A model generated the notes under the pieces. The model had not been told where the DNA came from. It made no database searches and was given only the letters and a program-made list of their open reading frames with translations. DNA of 56,284 nt from Bacteroides sp. UBA7335. GTDB taxonomy: Bacteria > Bacteroidota > Bacteroidia > Bacteroidales > Bacteroidaceae. The DNA lies in NCBI GenBank assembly GCA_002471185.1, contig DKPL01000003.1, positions 1 to 56,284 on the forward strand, in the 5' to 3' direction. Position 1 is the first letter of the stretch. Each line of letters starts with the position of its first letter. Below are positions 29,755-38,910 of this stretch, one piece after another. The position numbers and the translations under genes are program-made.

Positions 29755-30933
29755 CTATAGCCTGCTTTTATACAACTGAGCCATAACCTTTTGATACTGG
29801 CTTTCTAGTTGCAGGTAGTTCAGTTTGCTTTGATAAATTACCGATACCTCTACAAAGTATTCAATCATACTGATTTGTCCACCCGTAAGTGCCTGTTTCA
29901 GTAAGCTCAAATCTTGTTGAGCCTGAAACGTAGTTTGATATGCTTTCATCGAAGTGTATAAACTTTCTGCTTCACGATAGTTGCGTAAAAGCGACGACTC
30001 CAACTGTTGAGAGGCATTTTCTTTACTGAAATCATTGTTGAGCAGTTGCGCCTTGGCAATCTTTACTTTATTGCGATTTTGAAATAACGGCAACGAGCCG
30101 CCTACCACAATACCATTGAAAGGGGCACCCGTCTCGGTGTTGCGTCTATACCCAACTTCCAGTTTCGGAATCCACCCTTGTCGCTCTACTGACACTTGTC
30201 GGCGAAGTGCATTGCCTTGGTTGGTGAATTGCTGTAAGGTGGGGTCGGACTGCATCACCTCGGCCTTGAGCTGCTCAAAATCGAGTGGAAACTCAGTTGC
30301 CGGATAACTCTGGGCGGTGAAGTTGATGGGGACATTGCCATTGAGCGCCGTTAGCTCTTCTAGCTTGTTGCGCAAAGCAGTGTTGTTGAGTGTAGCTTCG
30401 GTCTTTACATTAAGTAGCTCCAAGTTGATTTTGTTGGTTTCAAGAATGTTGGCATCGCCCGCTTGCAATCGTTGTTGATAAAGCGAAGCCAGTTCGTTGG
30501 CATTGCGAAGACGTTCTTGAAGAATCTGCTGCTCTTGTCTAAGCATGATGATGTCCATGCACAACTCTTTGGCCTGCAACAAAATGGTTTGTCGCAAGGC
30601 TTGATACTCATTGTCGTAAGCTGCCGATTTTATTTTGTTGACTTTGTTACGCTCTACATATAACGTAGGAAAATCGAACGACTGTGTAACCACCAACTCG
30701 CCAATGGTTTGACTTTTATCGTCTGCACCCCATAAGTGAGCATACGACACTGTGGGGTCGGGGAGGTTATTGTCGGTACGCGTTTCTAACTTCTGAGCCT
30801 TTACCAGTTGGGCATTTGCCTGCAACGCCTTATTGTTAGCTTCGATGGTTTGCAGGGTTTGCTCTATATTGTTTTGTGCCTTTGCCTGACTAAGCATCAA
30901 CAGTGCACATGCATATATCCATAATCTTTTCAT
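29755..30933 (-). CDS. TolC/CzcC-type outer membrane efflux protein
   Basis: Signal peptide; SLPLFQNRNK motif; last gene of the metal RND operon. Confidence 0.85.
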   Translation of the reverse strand: MKRLWIYACALLMLSQAKAQNNIEQTLQTIEANNKALQANAQLVKAQKLETRTDNNLPDPTVSYAHLWGADDKSQTIGELVVTQSFDFPTLYVERNKVNKIKSAAYDNEYQALRQTILLQAKELCMDIIMLRQEQQILQERLRNANELASLYQQRLQAGDANILETNKINLELLNVKTEATLNNTALRNKLEELTALNGNVPINFTAQSYPATEFPLDFEQLKAEVMQSDPTLQQFTNQGNALRRQVSVERQGWIPKLEVGYRRNTETGAPFNGIVVGGSLPLFQNRNKVKIAKAQLLNNDFSKENASQQLESSLLRNYREAESLYTSMKAYQTTFQAQQDLSLLKQALTGGQISMIEYFVEVSVIYQSKLNYLQLESQYQKVMAQLYKSRL

Positions 30934-30938
30934 AAAAC

Positions 30939-33900
30939 TTACTCCTTATCATTATTTATCATTACTTGGTGAGCCTCTACGCTCGCATTTCTGCGATGAA
31001 TCATTAAATAAACAATGGGGATAATAAAACCATTGAGAAAGGTAGAGGTCAGCAATCCGCCCAATATCACTTTGGCCATGGGACTCTGAATCTCATTGCC
31101 CGGTTGGTCGCCCGCTAGTGCTAGCGGAATCAGTGCCAATGCCGACGAAAGAGCCGTCATCACAATGGGGTTTAAGCGGTCTAACGAACCCTTTATCACA
31201 CTGTCGTATATGTTGATGCCTTCGACCTTCTGCAAGTGATTGTAGTGGCTGATGAGCAACATGCCGTTGCGAGTGGCAATGCCGAATAAAGAGATGAAGC
31301 CGATGATGGCCGGTATGCTGATTTCGCCTGTGGTGATGAGAAGTGCAAACACACCGCCAATGAGGGCCAACGGTAGGTTGAGCAAAATAATGCCCGACTC
31401 TTTGAGGTTGCGGAACTCGTGGTAAAGCAACAGAAAGATGATGACGATGCTCATTAATGATGTCAGCAGCAAGATGCGACTGGCTGCCTGTTCGCTTTCA
31501 AACTGTCCACCATACTCTATATGATACCCTTCGGGCAGTTGCACTTGAGTAGATACAATCTGCTGAATATCGTTGACCACACTGCGCAAGTCGCGGTCGG
31601 ACACATTGGCCGATATTACAATTTTGCGCTTCACATTCTCTCTGCTGATGGTGTTCGGCCCCATGGCAGAGGCTACATCTGCTACATAGTTCAGCGGCAC
31701 TTTGGTGCCATTGCCGGCATCAATGGTCAAGTCACGAATCTTATCAATGGCATCTCGATAATTATCATTCACCTTCACAATCAGGTCGAAGGCTTTGCCT
31801 TTGTCATAAACTTGTGAAATAACCTCGCCCGCCAAAGCCACGTTGACATATTCTGAAAATTCGGGCAACGTAATGCCAAACTTCGCTAACATTTCGCGTT
31901 TGGGTGTGATTTTGAGTTGAGGCCGTTCAACCTGTTGCTCTACATTCAAATCGGCAATACCCGGCACATCGGCAATAGCACCTTTTATCTCATTACCCAG
32001 CGAGAACATTTTAGTAAGATTGTCGCCAAAAAGCTTGATTGCAATGTTTGCCTTTGTACCGCTAAGCATAGCATCAATGCGGTGGCTGATGGGTTGACCG
32101 ATTTCAATGTTGGCCCCCACTAACGTGCCCAGTTTCTCTCTGATTTCGGCCATTACCTCCGAACGCGAACGCTTATCAAGCACAAAAGGCGCTTCAATCT
32201 CTGAGGTGTTCACCCCCAAAGCATGCTCATCCAATTCAGCCCTACCCGTTTTGCGTGCCACCGTTTGAATCTCCGGAATAGTAAGCAGTAGCAGTTCGGC
32301 ACGCTCCCCCATACGGTTGCTCTCTTCTAAAGAGATACCGGGAAGCGAAGAGATATTGATGGTAAACGAACCCTCGTTGAAAGGCGGAAGAAATGAGCGC
32401 CCTAACGTAAAGAAACAAATGACTGCTGCCACAAACACTGCGATGGTAGAGGATAAGGTGACTGTTTTGTGGCCTAGCACCCAGGTGAGCATTTTGCCAT
32501 AAACCCTTTTCATATTTCGAGTGATAAACGACTCCTTATTCGGTTTGTCTTTCTTCTTATCATTGCCCAATAAGTAAGAGCATAGCACCGGGGTAAGGGT
32601 AAGCGCCACTATGGTAGAGGCAAAGAGTGCAACAATAAAAGCAATGCCTAGCGGTACCAACATACGCCCTTCCATGCCGGTGAGGAAGAAGAGTGGAATG
32701 AAGCTGGCAATGATAATGAGTGTAGAGTTCAAGATAGGCATACGTACCTCTTTTGAGGCTTTAAACACCACCTCCTTGATAGGCAACTGCTCGCTTTTGG
32801 GCAACAACCTATTCTCGCGCAAGCGTTTATATACGTTTTCTACATCCACAATGGCATCATCTACCAGCGAACCGATGGCGATGGCCATACCACCCAGACT
32901 CATTGTGTTGATGGTCATGCCCATGAAGTGAAGCGTTAATATGGATACCAGCAAGGCTAAAGGTAGCGTAACTAACGAAATGAGTGTGGTGCGGACATTG
33001 GCTAAAAACAAAAACAGAACGATGACTACAAAAATACCTCCTTCGAACAATGCTTTCTTAACATTGTCTATGGAGTTTTCGATAAATCGGCTTTGACGGA
33101 AAATATCGGTAGAGATCTTTACATCTTTCGGTAGGTTTTGTCTTAGTTCGGCAATGGCATCTTCTAACTTTTTGGTTAGCTCGATGGTGCTTGTAGCCGG
33201 TTGTTTGGTCACCGTCATCAACACAGCCGGTTTGCCTCGCTCGGAGGCAGTACCTAGCCTAGGTGCTTTAGGTCCAATCACTACATCAGCAATATCTTCG
33301 AGCAGTACCGGGTAATTGTCTACACTTTTCACTACTCCTTTGCCCAATTGCTCAATGTCATTGGTGGCTAACACTCCACGTACAATATATTCATTGCCAT
33401 ACTCATAGAGCACACCCCCGTTGGCATTTAAGTTCATGTTGCGTGTGGCAGTCATCACCTCATCCAGCGATACATTGTAGTGACGCATTCGTTGCGGATC
33501 GAGCTGAATTTGGAACTCTTGAATATCTCCTCCCAAAACAGCAACCTGCGCTACACCACCGGTAGATAGCAGGCGTGGACGAATGGTCCAATCGGCCAAG
33601 GTGCGCAAGTCGAGCATCGAAGTCGTGTCGGCAGTAATACCGATAATCATGACTTCGCCCAAGATAGACGATTGCGGACCTAGCGTAGGACTGCCTACGT
33701 TGGGTGGAAGTGACTCGCCCATAGCGGCCAGCTTTTCGCTTACAATTTGGCGCGCCAAGAATACATTGGTTCCCCAATCAAACTCTACCCAAACTACCGA
33801 AAAACCATTAGTCGAAGACGAACGCACACGGCGTACTCCGGTTGCTCCATTCACCGATGTTTCGATGGGAAACGTTACCAACTGTTCTACCTCTTCGGCA

Positions 33901-34070
33901 GCCATCCCATTGGCTTCGGTCATTACTACCACTGTAGGAGCATTCAAATCGGGGAATACATCGACATCCGTATTCATGGCTGTATAGGTGCCCACTACCA
34001 TTAATATAAGTGCGGCAGCCAACACCACAATTCGGTTGTGTAACGAGAATTGTAATATCTTATTAAGCAT
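30939..34070 (-). CDS. Heavy-metal efflux RND permease (CzcA/CusA family)
   Basis: VDVFPDL, EEVEQLVTFPIE, MSLGGMAIAIGSLVDDAIV and GIATRNG motifs. Confidence 0.92.
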   Translation of the reverse strand: MLNKILQFSLHNRIVVLAAALILMVVGTYTAMNTDVDVFPDLNAPTVVVMTEANGMAAEEVEQLVTFPIETSVNGATGVRRVRSSSTNGFSVVWVEFDWGTNVFLARQIVSEKLAAMGESLPPNVGSPTLGPQSSILGEVMIIGITADTTSMLDLRTLADWTIRPRLLSTGGVAQVAVLGGDIQEFQIQLDPQRMRHYNVSLDEVMTATRNMNLNANGGVLYEYGNEYIVRGVLATNDIEQLGKGVVKSVDNYPVLLEDIADVVIGPKAPRLGTASERGKPAVLMTVTKQPATSTIELTKKLEDAIAELRQNLPKDVKISTDIFRQSRFIENSIDNVKKALFEGGIFVVIVLFLFLANVRTTLISLVTLPLALLVSILTLHFMGMTINTMSLGGMAIAIGSLVDDAIVDVENVYKRLRENRLLPKSEQLPIKEVVFKASKEVRMPILNSTLIIIASFIPLFFLTGMEGRMLVPLGIAFIVALFASTIVALTLTPVLCSYLLGNDKKKDKPNKESFITRNMKRVYGKMLTWVLGHKTVTLSSTIAVFVAAVICFFTLGRSFLPPFNEGSFTINISSLPGISLEESNRMGERAELLLLTIPEIQTVARKTGRAELDEHALGVNTSEIEAPFVLDKRSRSEVMAEIREKLGTLVGANIEIGQPISHRIDAMLSGTKANIAIKLFGDNLTKMFSLGNEIKGAIADVPGIADLNVEQQVERPQLKITPKREMLAKFGITLPEFSEYVNVALAGEVISQVYDKGKAFDLIVKVNDNYRDAIDKIRDLTIDAGNGTKVPLNYVADVASAMGPNTISRENVKRKIVISANVSDRDLRSVVNDIQQIVSTQVQLPEGYHIEYGGQFESEQAASRILLLTSLMSIVIIFLLLYHEFRNLKESGIILLNLPLALIGGVFALLITTGEISIPAIIGFISLFGIATRNGMLLISHYNHLQKVEGINIYDSVIKGSLDRLNPIVMTALSSALALIPLALAGDQPGNEIQSPMAKVILGGLLTSTFLNGFIIPIVYLMIHRRNASVEAHQVMINNDKE

Positions 34071-34084
34071 CTTTTCCTCCCTTC

Positions 34085-35296
34085 TTAATGTTCGTGACTG
34101 TGTGCAGGTAGTGATGCCGATGCCGATGCCAATCGTACTTGGTATGCTCCTTTAGTTACTACATTGTCGCCGGCGTGAATACCCGAAACAATTTGTACAT
34201 CCACTCCATTATCTGCCCCTAAGATTACTTCTCGTCGCTGATACCCTTCATCATCTAACTTTACATAAACAAAGTGCAATCCTTGCTCTTCGGTTAGGGC
34301 CGTGCGCGGTAGTACCAAAGCATTGTCAATAGGCGATGATAATAGGTAAATCTCTACAAACGAACCGGGTATGATGTCTCCTTGATTGTCGAACTCAAAA
34401 ACAACCGGCACGTAAAACGTGTTAGCCTCTGCTGTTTTTCCGGTTGAAAGTAATTTTCCATTCAAGGCAGCCAATTCATATACGCGGTTGTCATAAGGTG
34501 TTTGAAAGTTGGCCGAACGAATGGTGGTTAAATAAGGATAATATTTTTCTGATACATCAGCTCTAAGAAATAACTTTTGATTTTGAGTGACACTAACCAA
34601 AGGTTGCCCAATAGTTACATAATCTCCTTCGTTTACCAATACATTTTTTACATATCCGTTGATGGGAGCTTTGATGGCTTGTCCGCTTTTGGTGTTTCCG
34701 CTGGCCAATGCCTCGTAACTGATGCGAGCATTCTCAAAGTTTTGTTCGGCTTGTGCGAACTCTCGTTCCGAAACAATCTTATTGCCTACCAATGCCTTCA
34801 TACGCTCGTACTCTTTTTTAGCAATGTCGTATGCTATTTGAGCACGTTGCACCGGATCTCCATCAGCAATGTTGCTCGATGAAATGGTGACCAGTGTAGT
34901 ACCCTTACTCACACTCTTTCCGGGGGTTACACTACCATTAAAGCTCACCACACCAGCTACAGTGGCTACTGCTACCGACTCATCGCCTTGTGCCACTTGC
35001 ACCTGTCCACTAGTCTTAATCACTTGTTGAAATGCCGAAGGCTGAATAATGGCCGTTTGTACTCCAGCTGCTTTGGCTTGTGCAGCGCTCATTACAATCT
35101 CATCGCCATGCGACTCGCTCTGGGCAGTTGCTGCTGTATTATGTTCTTCTCCTTCTATATGGTTGTGGCCATCATTGGCTGCATGCTGTTCGTCAATTGC
35201 ATGATCGTGTCCTTCATGCTCGTTTGTGGTATGTTTGCCGCAAGAGCTAATAGCGAATATTGCTATTACTCCCATAAATATAACTTTCCTCATCAT
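34085..35296 (-). CDS. His-rich RND periplasmic adaptor (CzcB-like) lipoprotein
   Basis: Lipobox ISSC, His-rich N-terminus, KAPING motif, C-terminal HSHEH. Confidence 0.9.
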   Translation of the reverse strand: MMRKVIFMGVIAIFAISSCGKHTTNEHEGHDHAIDEQHAANDGHNHIEGEEHNTAATAQSESHGDEIVMSAAQAKAAGVQTAIIQPSAFQQVIKTSGQVQVAQGDESVAVATVAGVVSFNGSVTPGKSVSKGTTLVTISSSNIADGDPVQRAQIAYDIAKKEYERMKALVGNKIVSEREFAQAEQNFENARISYEALASGNTKSGQAIKAPINGYVKNVLVNEGDYVTIGQPLVSVTQNQKLFLRADVSEKYYPYLTTIRSANFQTPYDNRVYELAALNGKLLSTGKTAEANTFYVPVVFEFDNQGDIIPGSFVEIYLLSSPIDNALVLPRTALTEEQGLHFVYVKLDDEGYQRREVILGADNGVDVQIVSGIHAGDNVVTKGAYQVRLASASASLPAHSHEH

Positions 35297-35340
35297 GATA
35301 TAGTTATTCGTTATCTTAATAAATTTAGCTATTGTTAATA

Positions 35341-35406
35341 ATAAAACACCTGTATATGCAGTTTGTTTGCTTCAATAGTGAGTTGAAGCAAGGTAAATAA
35401 GGTGTT
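35341..35406 (-). terminator. Putative attenuator hairpin between the leader ORF and the efflux operon
   Basis: Inner stem TTGCTTCAA / TTGAAGCAA (35367-35391) and outer stem AACACCT / AGGTGTT; a U-rich tail follows on the minus strand. Confidence 0.5.
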
Positions 35407-35433
35407 AAATGGATTGATTCCTATTAAATTAAC

Positions 35434-35838
35434 TTAGCATTGAGGAGGACCACGAAGTAGTTTGCTGTGAGTAAAATCGGAGTTAAATAGTGCCTCTTTA
35501 TCGTGATGCTTTGGTTTTAGTTTGTATTCGCTCGTACAAATCAACCAATCTATCGTGAAATTTTCGGCAAATAGAGCAATAATAATGGGATGGGGAGAAA
35601 AACTCCCCTCTTCAGCACTAGCCACATACGAGCTGAACTTAGCTTGACACATACTATTACAACACGAATCGTCTTCAGACTCTGCGCTATGATTATGTTT
35701 CGAACAATAGTTGTTGTTCTCACCAGTCAGTAAACAAATCTGTCCATCTTGATGATGGTGGTGGGGGATGAGAGGAATGGCCAGCAATGCAATTGTGGCG
35801 AGCATTATAATAAATAATATGTAGTGCTTATTCCTCAT
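35434..35838 (-). CDS. His/Cys-rich leader protein (DUF6769-like) with C-terminal RGPP
   Basis: Hydrophobic N-terminus, PHHHHQDGQIC, CSKHNH, CCNSMC; ends LLRGPPQC; has its own -7 element. Confidence 0.8.
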   Translation of the reverse strand: MRNKHYILFIIMLATIALLAIPLIPHHHHQDGQICLLTGENNNYCSKHNHSAESEDDSCCNSMCQAKFSSYVASAEEGSFSPHPIIIALFAENFTIDWLICTSEYKLKPKHHDKEALFNSDFTHSKLLRGPPQC

Positions 35839-35857
35839 GGTCTATATTTATGCATTG

Positions 35858-35865
35858 CAAATGTA
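35858..35865 (-). promoter_or_regulatory. -7 element for the leader/metal efflux operon
   Basis: Reverse complement is TACATTTG, about 20 nt upstream of the ATG at 35838. Confidence 0.65.
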
Positions 35866-36198
35866 TGCAATTCATTTCTACTAGCCAATAATAAATAGTA
35901 AATATTTGATTAATAGGTTTGTAATCGGTTACTGAAAGCTTTATGAAAAGCGCGTAAATGTTCATTTCTATATAGTTAATAAAGTTTAAAGAATATTTAT
36001 AAGTTTGATAGTACCTCCCTAAAAGCCTATATTTGCTTTATCTGATGAATAGAGATAGTTGTTGATGATACTATGTGTACTAAAGGGCTTAATCTCTTTT
36101 TTATTCCCCCTCTATGTTTTAAGCTCTTCTTGCTCGTTCTTGCCTTTTGCGCAATTATGTTTAGTTTGATTCTGTCACTTATACTTTGAAAAATGATA

Positions 36199-36582
36199 AT
36201 GAAAAAGAATTTATTAATTTTACTAGTCATGTTTTTGTTTGGACTCCAAAGTTGTAATACTTCTATTCCAAACGAACCTGATGCTGTAGCTGCAGCTGTC
36301 GTAAAGTCTCTCTTACTGGGAGATATAACTCAAGCAAAAGCCTTTGCAACAAGTGATATTGCACGTATGATTGATTCTGATGGTTTACAGAATTTAATGA
36401 ACGAGGCTGAATTAGTTAAAGATATGGATATTGAGCTTGACCACATGTCTGATGTGTCTAGTGACGGCGCTATAAAAAATGTGCACTTTATTATGAGAAA
36501 GGGTGATTACTCTTGTCGCCTAAGAATTACGATGGTAGATGAAAATGGAAAATGGCTTTTTAGTAATATTCAACATCGATGA
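36199..36582 (+). CDS. Small lipoprotein, DUF4878/NTF2-like
   Basis: Lipobox LQSC; PDAVA...GDITQAK; C-terminal MVDENGKW. Confidence 0.7.
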   Translation: MKKNLLILLVMFLFGLQSCNTSIPNEPDAVAAAVVKSLLLGDITQAKAFATSDIARMIDSDGLQNLMNEAELVKDMDIELDHMSDVSSDGAIKNVHFIMRKGDYSCRLRITMVDENGKWLFSNIQHR

Positions 36583-36626
36583 AAACAGTGACTAAGGCGA
36601 ATAATTATTATTCGATAGTATACAAT

Positions 36627-36669
36627 TAATAAACCCTCATTGACACTTGATATCAATGAGGGTTTATTA
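36627..36669. terminator. Bidirectional terminator
   Basis: 17-bp inverted repeat TAATAAACCCTCATTGA / TCAATGAGGGTTTATTA. Confidence 0.8.
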
Positions 36670-36682
36670 GTTACGGCTATAG

Positions 36683-37024
36683 CTATTTCAAAAAATCATC
36701 TCTCATAGGGCTGAAGCAATCTATTAATGTTCCTTCTTCTAAACAAACACAACCGTGTAAAGCATCGGGTGCAATGTATAAGCCATCTCCTTGAGTTACA
36801 ATCTTCTTTTCGCCATTTACAGTAAACTCAAACATACCACTCACTACATAAGTGGTTTGTGTATGAGGATGAGTATGAGCCGAACCAATTGCTCCTTGAT
36901 TGAACTTTACTTTTACCATCATCATTTGTTTGTCATACCCCATAATTTGTCTAACTACACCTTCGCCGGCAGGTTCCCAAACTATTTCATTTTCAAAAAG
37001 AAAAGTTTTGCTATTTGTTTTCAT
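36683..37024 (-). CDS. kdgF: Cupin, pectin degradation protein KdgF-like
   Basis: GVVRQIMGY, HTHPHTQ, HG and DCFSPMRDDFL motifs; start moved to MKTNSK at 37024; -7 element TATATTTG at 37064-37071 on the minus strand. Confidence 0.85.
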   Translation of the reverse strand: MKTNSKTFLFENEIVWEPAGEGVVRQIMGYDKQMMMVKVKFNQGAIGSAHTHPHTQTTYVVSGMFEFTVNGEKKIVTQGDGLYIAPDALHGCVCLEEGTLIDCFSPMRDDFLK

Positions 37025-37164
37025 AATGCTGATTCTTTTAGATAATAATTCTTTTTTTGTGCCCAAATATACAATTATTCCACCTGAAACAACGGTTTTT
37101 ATACTCAATTGCACGAAAAACTCTGTAAGTTTGCATCTATATTATACTATCAAGTAACAAAGAA

Positions 37165-38892
37165 ATGAAAAACAAATTACTACTTATTTTAGGCTTATTT
37201 TGTCTGTTTACCGCTTTCCGATCAGATCGTCCTGTTACTACTATCTTTATGATTGGCGACTCTACAATGGCAAACAAATCGATTGTTGGCGGAAATCCTG
37301 AAAGGGGATGGGGAATGATGCTTCCGGGCTATTTTACAGAAGATATTCGTATAGACAACCATGCTATGAATGGTCGTAGTTCGAAGAGTTTTATTGGCGA
37401 AGGACGCTGGAATAATGTGTTGTCTAAAATTAAAAAAGGAGACTATGTGTTTATTCAGTTTGGTCATAACGATGAGAAAGCTGATACTACCCGACATACT
37501 GTTCCCGGTGGAACATTCGATGATAATTTGCGTCGTTTTGTAAACGAAACACGCCAAAGAGGAGGTATCCCGGTTTTGTTTAATTCGATTGTTCGTCGCA
37601 ACTTTGTGAAACCTTTGGATGAGTCAATTAGCAAAGATACTCGTCACGAGGCTGGTGCAACAGAGCAACCGATTGAGGGTAATGTACTTTTCGATACTCA
37701 CGGAGCATATCTCGATTCGCCTCGCAATGTGGCTGCCGAACTGAATGTGCCTTTTATTGATATGAATAAGATGACTCATGACTTGGTAGAAAGCATGGGG
37801 GCTGCTGATTCTAAACGTTTGTTTATGTGGGTTGCTTCTAACTCGGTTCCTGCATTTCCTAAAGGTCGTGAAGACAACACTCATCTCAATATATATGGTG
37901 GTAGAACGGTAGCTAAACTGGCTGTTCAAGCCATAGCCGAAGCGGTTCCTGCCCTTGCTCCATATGTTCGTTACTACGATTATGTGGTAGCTCAAGATGG
38001 TAGTGGCGATTTCTTTACTGTGCAAGATGCGATTGATGCTGTGCCCGATTTTCGTAAAAACAACCGGACTACCATTTTGGTACGCAAAGGTGAGTATAAA
38101 GAGAAAGTGGTGATTCCGGAAAGCAAAATCAATGTATCGCTTATTGGCGAAGATGGTGCAGTGATTACTTACGATGATTATGCAAGCAAAAAGAATGTGT
38201 TTGGAGAAGAGAAAAGCACATCGGGTTCATCTTCGTGCTATATCTATGCTCCCGATTTTTATGCTGAGAATATTACTTTCGAGAACTCTTCTGGTAAGGT
38301 AGGGCAGGCAGTGGCTTGCTTTGTATCGGGCGATAGAGCCTACTTTAAAAACTGTCGCTTCTTAGGCAATCAAGATACGCTTTACACTTACAGCAAAAAC
38401 AGTCGTCAATATTACGAGAATTGCTACATTGAGGGAACTGTCGATTTTATTTTTGGATGGTCTACGGCTGTTTTCAATAACTGCCAGATTCATAGCAAAG
38501 GAAAAGGCTACCTAACAGCTCCGGCTACTGATAAGGGAAAAGAGTATGGCTATGTGTTTTATAACTGCAAACTGACTGCCGATGATGATGTAGAGGGAGT
38601 TTATCTATCTCGCCCTTGGCGCCCTTATGCGCAGACTGTATTTATCAACTGCGAAATGGGTAAACACATTCTGCCCGCAGGTTGGAACAATTGGAATAAA
38701 AAAGATGCTGAGAAAACGGTATTTTATGCCGAGTATGGAAGTACTGGTGAAGGTGCTAATCCAAAAGCGCGTGCAAAGTTTGGTCGTCAGCTAAAAAGTT
38801 TGAAAGGATACGATATTGAAGAGGTCTTGAAAGGTGCTGATAATTGGAATCCTACGGCTAAGGGTAATCTAATCTTCGAAGTTGCACGATAA
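37165..38892 (+). CDS. Bifunctional pectin acetylesterase (CE12, SGNH) / pectin methylesterase (CE8)
   Basis: N-terminal GDST, GRSSKS, QFGHND and DNTH; C-terminal GQAVA, QDTLY, GTVDFIFG and RPWR; -7 element TAAGTTTG at 37126-37133. Confidence 0.92.
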   Translation: MKNKLLLILGLFCLFTAFRSDRPVTTIFMIGDSTMANKSIVGGNPERGWGMMLPGYFTEDIRIDNHAMNGRSSKSFIGEGRWNNVLSKIKKGDYVFIQFGHNDEKADTTRHTVPGGTFDDNLRRFVNETRQRGGIPVLFNSIVRRNFVKPLDESISKDTRHEAGATEQPIEGNVLFDTHGAYLDSPRNVAAELNVPFIDMNKMTHDLVESMGAADSKRLFMWVASNSVPAFPKGREDNTHLNIYGGRTVAKLAVQAIAEAVPALAPYVRYYDYVVAQDGSGDFFTVQDAIDAVPDFRKNNRTTILVRKGEYKEKVVIPESKINVSLIGEDGAVITYDDYASKKNVFGEEKSTSGSSSCYIYAPDFYAENITFENSSGKVGQAVACFVSGDRAYFKNCRFLGNQDTLYTYSKNSRQYYENCYIEGTVDFIFGWSTAVFNNCQIHSKGKGYLTAPATDKGKEYGYVFYNCKLTADDDVEGVYLSRPWRPYAQTVFINCEMGKHILPAGWNNWNKKDAEKTVFYAEYGSTGEGANPKARAKFGRQLKSLKGYDIEEVLKGADNWNPTAKGNLIFEVAR

Positions 38893-38910
38893 AATAATAC
38901 TGACTAAACT

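Noticed and set aside
37060-37135. Shared ACAATTATT near the pelA and CE12-CE8 promoters as an HTCS site
   Set aside because: It is a short AT-rich word at different distances from the -7 boxes, with no clear phased direct repeat.
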